DNA of 64,000 bases, from assembly GCA_951406725.2 (NCBI GenBank), contig OX597823.1, forward strand, positions 45,942,001 through 46,006,000, given 5' to 3'. This document shows positions 54,300-64,000 of the stretch, in pieces. How positions within the stretch are numbered: the first letter of the stretch is position 1; each line of letters starts with the position of its first letter. The translations under genes and the position numbers were made by a program. This DNA comes from Octopus vulgaris (Eukaryota). The notes under the pieces are model-generated. The model was given only the letters and a program-made list of their open reading frames with translations, had not been told where the DNA came from and did not search any database.

Positions 54300-56662
54300 A
54301 AGCTGCTCAGTGTGTAATAGTACTAAAATATTAAAAGTAGGATTTAATATAGAATTATTTATAAATTAGATCTAAACAAATAAATAGGTTTCTAAAATGC
54401 AATAAAATAAAATAAAATAAAATGATAAAAAGAACCTCGGCAAGGCTTAAGCTTCAAAATGATATGTAAAACAGTTGAAGGTTTTCTTAAAGAATACGTC
54501 GAAATATATTTTAGATATCGTTGCGATGCGAAATGACCATATATTATAAATACAAATTCAAAAGTAGCATTTGAAACTAATTCAAAAGTCAACATATATT
54601 ATCCATATGGTATTTTGTCGGTTGACATTTTAAATTTCGTTGCGTGCCTGCAGGAACTTAAGAGTTCGCGTCTTTGATGGAAAGCGCTATTATTCTTGAA
54701 TTAGATAAAGAATTTTTCCGAAAGGCATAAATTACATTTCATGGGTGTTTCATGAGATCGATGTCTGTAAGCTGATGCTTTATCTAAAATTTTCCATGTT
54801 ACATCGAAATGACGGGTTTTATTTTCTTTCAATTCGCAGACATGTTTTGGCGGACTTGTCCTATTTTCGGGGTACCGGAATGAATTTCTGTGAAAAAATA
54901 AAGAGTTTTCGGAAGTCCATGTGTATGTTTTATATTCTTTTGAGCCTTCTATTTGTACTTTGGCCCTATACACAATCCCTTTCTCCAGACATTTTCCTTC
55001 CAACGGACAGGAGGTCTCATCTTTGCAATTACAATTCTTCGGATTTGAATTGGCCCGGTAGCTATCTGTAATTATTTTAGTGTTGTGTTGGCTAATGAAA
55101 GAGGCAAAGTTTTTACAACAAGAATAGCTAATTTTCAGCGTTCTTCTATTAAATATTCTGTAAAGCCTATGGTTAGATTGAAAATGCTTAGAAACTAATT
55201 TTAAGAATTCCCTACCTATATTAGTTTTTACGGCCATATTAAAAGGTGGGCTGAACCACAAAACCCTCCTAGTTCTAGTTCTACGTGTGGCATTATTGCC
55301 AGCATTAACTTGGTTGTACTGGATCCTCTCAGAGAATCCACTATTCCTTAATGCGTTGTTGTAATAGGGTGCATTAGCTTGAAATGCTGTCTCATCCGAA
55401 GAAATTGAAGTTATTCGCCTACATACATTACTGACTAGGTTCCTAAGAATAACTGGCACATGATTAGATACTTTGTTAATAAAAGATAGCTTTTCATTAG
55501 GCTTACGGCAAGGTTTGAATTTATCATGCTCTAAATCTAAATTTATATCTAAGAAACCTACGCTTTAAGATTACTATCTATCGTAATCAGTGAGCCCATC
55601 CTTTGGAAGAAAACAATTAGATCCTTCCTAAGTTCCTAGATCCTTCCTAAGTTCGTGGCGTTTAAATTATGGGTGACTATAAGGCCGTCATCCCTGTATA
55701 ATCCTGCGTCAATAAAAGGGAATTCTAGATTTAGATTGTGCAAAATATAAGCTCCTATGAGCACACATAACTCAGCCCTGTCATATGCACCCATCGGTAC
55801 ATCGGAAACAGAATCTTCACTCTTCTTTGATCGAGGTAGAATCCTCAAAAAAAAAAAAAAAAGGGATTTTCTCGCATGTATGTTAATATCTATTTCCGAG
55901 TCATCGATGGTGACATACTGCTTAGCAAAGCATAATGCTCTTAGAAGAAAAGGCCTGGATATTGACGAGTAAAAGTCAACAATATCAAACTGTGTACATT
56001 TGCAGTTATGCTTATGGCTAATCCCTTTAAACCAATCTATTACTGACTTGCTATTTTTCCAAATCCGTTAATTTAATTCACTATCTAACATAGTTAAAAT
56101 ACGATCTAAAATATATTTGCTAATAATACCTATTTGAGTTTTAGCAGGATTAATCAATCTACATTTAGGGTTTCTATTAAAATTAGCTTTATGAACTTTT
56201 AGGATAGTAAAAGTGTGGCTTGGGGGAAGATATTGTATCCTATCACTAATTTTAAGATTGTTAGCTTTTCTTCTTGCATCCAAATTCACCTCTGTGTATA
56301 AATTTGCAATGTCTTTTTTGTGTGTCTGTGATGCTATTTGAAATGATACTCTTATAAACGTCCTTATCAACCGCATATAAGTTTTTTTTTCTTTTTGTCT
56401 TATTAGAGTTCACGAAGATCTTATTCGAATTCTTAATTTCTCTCATTTTTTCCTTCATATCTCCCTGTAGTTGGTTACTGAATTAACGGAATCTAATTTT
56501 TCTAATGAGCACGAAAAGGTCTTTTTCGAAGGCTTCTAATTCCGGAACAGGTGGTGCATTGTTGGAAGATTTAAAGCCTTCTTCTTTGATACAAAACAGA
56601 TAACTAACGGAAACAAATACGGAGTACTGTTTTTGTTGAATTTTCTATCACGGATCAGTACG
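54300..56662 (-). mobile_element. Near full-length decayed Penelope-like element, Naiad-like
   Basis: N-terminal GFKSSNNAPPVPELEAFEKDL; NPKCRLINPAKTQIGIISK; VPMGAYDRAELC; LYRDDGL; VLWFSPPFNMAVKTNIGREFL; CNCKDETSCPLEGKC; GIVY...KTY (GIY-YIG); KCNLCLSEK and RELLSSCRH. Multiple frameshifts and stops, and a 19-bp tandem duplication near 55618-55654. Confidence 0.9.
54701..55459 (-). pseudogene. PLE RT-thumb/linker/GIY-YIG endonuclease ORF fragment
   Basis: 252-aa ORF with a Cys-rich linker and a degenerate GIY-YIG (YIG changed to YTW); premature stop before the terminal CRH motif. Confidence 0.88.
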
Positions 56663-56663
56663 T

Positions 56664-56705
<42 letters not shown>

Positions 56706-56769
56706 TGTGTTTGTGTATGTATGTATGTATGTATGTATGTATGTATGTATGTATGTATGTATGTATGCA

Positions 56770-56930
56770 TGCAGGAGTGGCTCTGTGGTTAGAAGCTTGC
56801 TTCCCAACCATATGGTTCCGGGTTCAGTCCCAATGCATGGCACCTTGAGCAAGTGTCTTCTGCTATAGCCTCGGGTCGACCAAAGCCTTGTGAGTGGATT
56901 TGGAGATGGAAACTGAAAGAAGCCCGTTGT
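56770..56930 (+). mobile_element. SINE family A, 5' half
   Basis: gcaggagtggctctgtggttagaagc...ggaaactgaaagaagcccg. Confidence 0.9.
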
Positions 56931-57039
56931 ATATATATATATATATCCACGTCCTGCGTTGCTGTGTTTTTTTTCTCTTCTTTTTTTCTGTGCTTTTTTG
57001 TTTGGATTAACTTTATATATATATATATATAGTTGAAAT

Positions 57040-57625
57040 TTATAGAAAGACAAAAGACGAAGTCACGTGTATGAACAACAAGCAGGTGTATTAGTTTGAT
57101 GCTCAGGAAAATGAAAATGAAAGGAATAAGAGAAGATAAACAGAATAAGAATAAGAATAAATGGATTTAGCAGTGAAGCATGGCGGTCACTTCGACGAAT
57201 GTGGGTTCGGTAAATCACCCTATGGCCACCTGTCTGCAAGTTCAATTCTTCAGACTTCTAGTAGCATCCTCTACATGTTCCTGTCCACCTCTTTCCCTAA
57301 TGTCACTCCACTTAAGGAAAACGTATGTTGGTGTTGGGACTGGTGTCTTCGTCTCTTGAACAGTCTGTATGATGAATATTATGATAGTGGGGCATGGTTT
57401 CTGTAGATCCATATATGGTCTGTTGCAAAAAAATGCCACGAGCTCAGTAGTTATTAGGATGCAGGATTATAGATAGGGTTGCTGTCTCTTCGAAAACCAG
57501 CTAAAGAGCAGGAGGCCTCATCTGCACACCTGGTCAGAAATGACTTGGAAACGATAGTCACTGACCAAGAGGTTGTTCAGCACCCTTTGAAACGTTGGAG
57601 CTCCCGGACTAGGACCCCACTACAT
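57040..57625 (-). mobile_element. Very decayed Neptune-like PLE fragment
   Basis: Remnants AGFRRDSN, GIFxCNRP and QTG...R.HIR in expected linker/GIY-YIG order; lies between (TA)n and (GA)n. Confidence 0.4.
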
Positions 57626-57631
57626 TCACAT

Positions 57632-57720
<89 letters not shown>

Positions 57721-57864
57721 AGAAAGAGGGTGATAAATCATACATCTAAATGTGTTTTCGAGTGTTAAATCTTGTTTTCAGCTTTCTTCATTCTGCATTC
57801 TGTGGAAAATTGTTATTCTGTGGAATATTGTCATACACCAAGATTCCAAGATTCCAAGTGACTT

Positions 57865-58075
57865 CATAATCCTTTCTACTGTAGACACAAGGCTTGAAAT
57901 TTGATGGAGAGTGACAGTCGATTACATTGGCCCCAGTACTCAACTGGTAGTTATTTTATCGACCCTGAAAACCAAAGTCAACCACAGCAGAATTTGAATT
58001 CAGAGCGTAAAGACAGACGAAATACCGCTGAGCATTTCGTCCGGTGCGTTAACGACTCTGCCAGCTCACCGCCTT
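57865..58075 (-). mobile_element. SINE family B, full length, diverged
   Basis: Minus head ggcggtgagctggcagagtcgttaacgcaccggacgaaatgctcagcggtatttcg. Confidence 0.85.
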
Positions 58076-58853
58076 TATAAGTGGCTTATATAATAGTATT
58101 ATTTTGACCCACCTCGGGCACTATTAAACAGACCTATACTCACAGGCATTTCAGCCATGACCATGCTGTCATTATCATGCGTAATATATTTACGGTTGAA
58201 GCAGCCAATGCGTTCTATTTTTTTTTCAGGACATTGACAGTATTGTTTTCGGTGTAGCTATAAACTGATATTTTCACAGCACTTCATCAACAAACAATAA
58301 CGATTTTCAAACCAGTGTTAGGCTATTTAGTCAAGAACTTCAGCGTGTTTTCCAAACTTTCACGATCAAGTGTGATATATCTTCCTTTTTGAGGAAAGAC
58401 GACATTTAGCTTCTTTTATTTGGAACCAGGAGGCCTAAACTCTGCTAAAATTGTAACAAAAACCAATAATAATAAAGACGAACAAAAATGTAATGCTCGC
58501 AGAACAAAAGAAGAATCGAAAATAAGGTAGAATAGTTATTCGTAGAAATAACATTCTAAAAAAGGAAAAAACGTGAATGAAAACCCTCTTTTCAAATTTA
58601 ATTTGAAAATCGACAACACATTCGTATTATTTAAATTACACAAAGGAACCGTGATTCTAGCAACCGATTTCTTGCTGTTTAATGGAAAAAAAATATCGAA
58701 ATTATTCTAGCAAATTCATTCTTGTTATTCGGAGACATAGATGAACGCGTGCCTGATTGTTTGGGCATGCGTGTGTCAATGGCTATACATACGTACATAC
58801 GTACAAAATGTACATAAACACACACACACTCATGATATATATATATATATCAT

Positions 58854-58887
<34 letters not shown>

Positions 58888-59066
58888 CACACACGCACAA
58901 GGGTGCGCGCATATACACACACGCACATATTTATATGCACCTAGAAAGTTTGCTGTTTGGTTTGCTTCATTCGAATTATGTGTGTGCAATTTTTATATGG
59001 TAAAATTTTCCGTGTGTGTGCGCGCGTGTGTGTGTGTGTGTGTGTGTGTATAGCTACATATATTCA

Positions 59067-59109
<43 letters not shown>

Positions 59110-59124
59110 TGTTGTGTACATACA

Positions 59125-60580
59125 TCAATGACTGGATGCATCTGGACACGTCTTCAGTGATGTGCCTGGTCTCATCGGGTGTTTCGGGTCTTTCAGCATC
59201 ATACACCTTCCTCCTATCCGACCCCAGCTTATGTCCAGATGGCCAGCTAGCTACTCCATGGCTCTCTTCTTGTGATCCACAACCATCTTGAGGCCCTCTC
59301 TGCTGCATCAGTGGTACTGCAGATGGCCTTCCTCTTTCTCACTCCATCGAAGCCCAAACTGCTGAAGGCTCTGGTCATGTAACGGGCTGCGAAATCCGTG
59401 CATCCTACCTCCACTGGGAGACACCTCGTTCTTCAACCAGCTCGCTGGCAGTCACGGACCTGACCTGCGCGCTTGGAGGGTTTTCTCTCAAAAGCTTCTT
59501 CCAGGTGATCTTCCTATGGGACAGTCAGCTTCAGCAGCACCACTTGCTTGGTAGACTCAGACACGATGACAGTGTCTAGTCGCAGGGTGGTGACCGCAAT
59601 GTGGCCAGAGAAATCCAGCTGATGCTCAAGATCCACCACCAGCTGCCACTCTCTTGCTGTTAGGATGCCCGCTGATGTTTTTTCTGGCAGGGGTCGGCTG
59701 TTCCCTAGCTCTGACAAAAGTGATGGTTTCCTTGGAGAGCCGGAACCGCTCCGCCCACACAAGTTCTGCGCTGATGGCTCCAGCGATGATTTTCAGGACA
59801 TGGTCATACCTCCAGCGGTACCGTCCTTCTCCAAGTGCCCCCATGCAGCAGCTGAGGATGTGTTCCTCGCTTGAAACACAACGTGCATGCTGGTGTCTGT
59901 GCTATGCCCCGTGTGTGCAGGTTTGATGTGCTTAGAAGCACACCGTAAACTGCCTGTATGAGAAATTTAAAGCGGTGAGGCTCGACTTTCCCCAGCTCAG
60001 ACCAAGTCACCTTCCTCTCAACCGCATTCTCCTATCTTGCCCAAGCTCCCTGTTGCTGTATTCCCACTTCCTTCCTTCTTACTGGTGTTCGATTGGGGAG
60101 TCGGAAAGCAGCCTAGCCCAGCTGTGCTTCGTGTGACCACTCCCACAAGCCTTGCCTTTGCCTCTTGAAGTGCGTCCTCAGCTCTCCAGTTTCTGCCAGT
60201 TCTCACTTGGATCCCTACTTCAGCCACCTTCGGATCACAGGAGTCCCTGTACTGGATTACTTCTCTGGCTCTTGCCACCTTGAATTCCTCTTCCAATGAT
60301 TTGAAGGGCAACTGCAGTTTGGTGTTGTTGCTGTAGGCCGTGATGCTGCTCAGGCTCCTCGTTATTCCAAGCCATCCCCATAGGTGGTTGCAGCTCCTCC
60401 TCTCTAAAGTCTCTAATGTTGAGATGGGGACTGCATAGACAAGGAGGAGACCACAGGATCCTAGGACGAATGCCGTGCTGGTAGACCCAAGCTTTGAATT
60501 ACCCAGGTAGGCCTGATTTGTGCATGGATTTCAGCCATCTATCCAACTCAGTACAGGCCGACTGGACAGATAAAGTATTT
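59125..60580 (-). mobile_element. 3' part of a Hero-clade (RLE-type) non-LTR retrotransposon
   Basis: KSLEEEFKVARAR...VRTGRNWRAEDA; EPHRFKFLIQAVY; CTLC...HILSCC (CCHC); ALGEGRYRWRYDHVL; TTLRLDTVIVSESTKQVVLLKLTVP*ED...EEAFERK; CLPVEVGC. Visibly GC-richer than the flanks; 5' junction at (CA)n. Confidence 0.88.
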
Positions 60581-60581
60581 C

Positions 60582-60652
<71 letters not shown>

Positions 60653-60701
60653 CTTACTTGGAAGAGGATGGGTGGCGTTCAATCATATAATAATATAAAT
60701 A

Positions 60702-60754
<53 letters not shown>

Positions 60755-60758
<4 letters not shown>

Positions 60759-60995
60759 TAAAAGGAATTCCAACCTTGTCTGATTTTCACGTTTTATTTA
60801 CAATCTTATAATGATATAATATAAGATAATGTAATATAATAAAATAAAATAAAATAATAGACTGTTAAATGTTCATTCTGATTGAACTAGTACTTTCATG
60901 CATTAAATTATGCAATCTTCAGGTTCATGTAGTAGTGGTGACAGTCATGCTTCACAATTTTTGACTGTAGCGAGATGGTTAAATCTGTGCCTTAA
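60755..60995 (-). mobile_element. Single (non-palindromic) copy of the 41846-42272 element
   Basis: Nearly identical to the left arm from taataaaaggaattccaacc to aatttttgac, and continues past the palindrome centre (tgtagcgagatgg...). Starts at (TA)n. Confidence 0.93.
60883..60927 (-). ncRNA. Minimal type I hammerhead ribozyme (intact)
   Basis: tgaac-CTGAAGA-ttgcat(aattta)atgcat-GAAA-GTAC-TA-gttca. Confidence 0.88.
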
Positions 60996-61049
60996 ATACA
61001 CCTGTGTATGTGCCTACATTTATAAACGTACATATTCATATATTTATGG

Positions 61050-61159
<110 letters not shown>

Positions 61160-61187
61160 ATATATATATATATATATGTACGTATTT

Positions 61188-61249
<62 letters not shown>

Positions 61250-61450
61250 ATGTATATGTACTTACATCGAGCCGAAATACGAGGCTAGATAAACAGCCAA
61301 CAACTAATGAAGAGTCGTTATTCATGTAGTTTGTTTTGTTTTCCATTTGTGTCTTGCGTGGTTCGAAAGATTAGTTCATGTTCCAAGTACTTGTGCATCT
61401 TACTTTTTTTGTTGTACACGTTTTATGACGTCATGTGCACACACACACAC

Positions 61451-61510
<60 letters not shown>

Positions 61511-61557
61511 GTATATATGTATGTACATATATGTATGTATATATTCATATATACATA

Positions 61558-61792
61558 GACGCAGGTATGGCTGCATTGTAAGTAGCTTGCTTACCAACCA
61601 CATGCTTCCGGGTTCAGTACCACTGCGTGGCACCTTGGGCAAGTGTCTTCTACTATAGCCTCGGGCCGACCAAAGCCTTGTGAGTGGATTTGGTAGACGG
61701 AAACTGAAAGAAGCCCGTCGTATATTTGTATATACATATCTATATGTGTGTATATGTTTGTGTGTCAGTATTTGTCCCCTCAACATCGCTTG
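61558..61792 (+). mobile_element. SINE family A, 3'-truncated
   Basis: Head to caacatcgcttg, then an abrupt switch to unrelated sequence. Confidence 0.92.
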
Positions 61793-62249
61793 TTACTGTA
61801 ACTCCTCCCACACCTTCCAACCGATTTTAATGAGTTTTGGCACATAGGTAGATCACATGCCCTGAAGATCACATAAGGCCGGAATTTTTCGAAAACTCGA
61901 TAATGCTCAGTTGGCATCGATTTTTGTGGGCTCAATTGGGCGTTTGAATGAAAATTCCCATAACGGTGATATTTATCCTGCAGCTTTTGCAATTTTTGTC
62001 CGAATTTGACGAATTATTCGAAGGTTCTTTTCTATTCTCTCAGTTCAAAATTATTGTGTAGGCTCCAGATTGCTAGGTTTTGTAAACTGTATTTTGACCA
62101 ATCAGTGTGTAGCATCACTCAGTTACTTAAGCTGATTGGTTTAGGCGTCACACTTTGTTGAACATGTCAAGAGTCCTGTATCTTAACTCTGGCCGAGTCA
62201 GCAATTGTTGGGCTATTTTTAGAAATGTTGTAAATAACCTTTGTCGGGG

Positions 62250-63618
62250 ATTTTTATATTTCAGTTGTCATCATCATCATTGTCAGCACCTTAATTATTG
62301 TTGCTTGTGGTGATGGTGGTGGCAATAGAACTTTTAACCCTAAATAAGATAATTTTCCTGCTATCTTCATCTTGATCACCTTTAGTATTGTTGTTGTTGT
62401 TAGTTGTCATGGTCGTAGCAGTAGAAGTTGTACCTCTAAGTATTATTATTATTGCTTATTTAGCTTGGGTTCGAATTTATCAATAAAATACTTTTCTCTG
62501 ATTTTCCTCTCGATTTCACTTGGGCTGTGTAATTTGTAGAATGGAAATATTATATATATTTTCCGACCACATGTTGCTAGGTGGTTACTCAAAGGTATCT
62601 GACGGACCTCTGGGTCTCTAATCTGTTGTCGGTGTACACGTGAGCGTTCTGGTAGTGCATTTCCCGTCTGACCTACATATATTTCTTCACAATTTGGGCA
62701 TTTGATGCAGTAAATTAAATTTCTGCTTTTGCAGTTCATATTCGCATTTGTGAATATTTTCCCGGTTTTTGTGTTTATATATTGGCCGGTATGTATGAAT
62801 TGGCATGTGCCACATCGGCTATCATTGCATTTAGATACAGTGAATGTTTGGTCTTTGTTGCTAAGGTCAAATTTTGCCTTTGTTAGTAATTTTTTCAAGT
62901 TTTTAGGCTTTTACTAAGAACCATAGCTCGATCCGTGATTATATCTTTTAATTCATTATTTTGAGCAATGATTGGTAGGTTTGCTTTGGCAATGTTGAAG
63001 ATATTCTGGTGACATGGGTTGTGTGCCACTATGAATGGTATGACTTGTTTTTGTTTTCCTCTTCCTTGGGTTGTCCTAAGTGGTTGTATGGATATTTTTA
63101 TAGCCCGCTGTATGCTATTTTCTATAAGTAGAGATGGGTATTTTTGTTTGAGCAAAAATTCTCTTAGTTCTGTTAGGCGTTTGTTCCTGATATTTGCACC
63201 TTCTACAATGGTACAAATTCTTCTGGCTAGGCAGTATGGGATGTTGCGTTTTGTATGTGGTGGATGGCACGATTTAAAATTCATGTATGTCTGTGTGTTT
63301 ATAGTATATATCTGTGGTGATGGTGGTGTCCTTTTTAATTACCATTATATCTAGGAATGGTAATTTGGTACTACTCATCTCCTTTGTAAATTGGAGAGAT
63401 GGGTGTAGGTTGTTCAGGAGGATATTGAACTCTTCCAGAGTATTTAGAGATTCTGTCCAGATTATGAGGCAGTCGTCAACGTATCTCTTCCATGCCTTTT
63501 CAATATACTTTCTAAATGCAGTGCCATAGTTTACTTCCACCTCTTGGTAGAGGTATTGTTCTAAGTATCCCATTAGAGAGTTGGCGTAAACGGGAGCAAA
63601 CCTCGTTCCCATCGCCGT
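62250..63618 (-). mobile_element. 5'-truncated Penelope-like element, Neptune-like (RT C-half, thumb, Cys linker, GIY-YIG)
   Basis: TAMGTRFAPVYANSLMGYLE, WKRYVDD, LPFLDI, YYKHTD, SCHPPHTKRNIPY, CNDSRCGTC, NLIYCIKCPNCEEIYVGQTG...R.RVHRQQI, IREKYFIDKFEPKLN. 5' junction lies directly in (TA)n. Confidence 0.95.
62449..63612 (-). pseudogene. PLE RT/GIY-YIG polyprotein, three overlapping ORFs joined by two frameshifts
   Basis: ORFs 63274-63612, 62895-63284 and 62449-62898. Confidence 0.92.
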
Positions 63619-63620
63619 AT

Positions 63621-63657
<37 letters not shown>

Positions 63658-64000
63658 CTCTTTTACTCTTTTATTTATTTTTAGTCATATGACTGTGGCC
63701 ATGCTGGAGCACCGCCTTTAGTCGAGAAAATTGACCCCAGGACTCATTCTTTGTACGCTTAGTACTTATTCTATCGATCTCTTTTGCCGAACTTCTAAGT
63801 CACGCGGACGTAAACACACCAGCATCGGTTGTCAAGCGATGTTGAGGGGACAAATACTGACACACAAACATATACACACATATAGATATGTATATACAAA
63901 TATACGACGGGCTTCTTTCAGTTTCCGTCTACCAAATCCACTCACAAGGCTTTGGTCGGCCCGAGGCTATAGTAGAAGACACTTGCCCAAGGTGCCACGC
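63658..64000 (-). mobile_element. SINE family A (runs off the window end)
   Basis: Reverse complement of the 3' half, spacer and most of the 5' half. Confidence 0.94.

Noticed and set aside
59160-59215. Hammerhead-like ggtgt-atgatgc...cgaaacacc in the Hero 3' UTR
   Set aside because: A stem III-like pairing exists, but there is no stem I and no CUGANGA in the right position.

Overview
AT-rich, microsatellite-saturated animal non-coding DNA. The SINE families and (TA)n/(CA)n/(TAGA)n load match what I recognise from Octopus genomes; this is an inference, not a database match. No intact host gene is evident, and nearly all long ORFs in the track are microsatellite translations. The window is a mosaic of decayed transposons: a Tc1 (DD34E) copy, an internally deleted rosa-like mariner, Tx1/L1-like, R4/Dong-like, Hero-like and RTE LINE pieces, several Penelope-like elements (PLEs: one Naiad-like, plus Neptune-like copies), MITE-like elements and more than 20 copies of tRNA-derived SINEs. 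The main hidden signal is about 15 minimal type I hammerhead ribozyme (HHR) motifs from several unrelated families, mostly in short non-coding inserts between microsatellites. Two of these inserts are near-perfect 430-450 bp palindromes with one HHR on each strand. Three loci show a compensatory U3-A8 core in place of C3-G8. A speculative two-exon RFamide-like peptide is also noted. Repeat boundaries are approximate (about +/-10-30 bp); motif coordinates were counted by hand.
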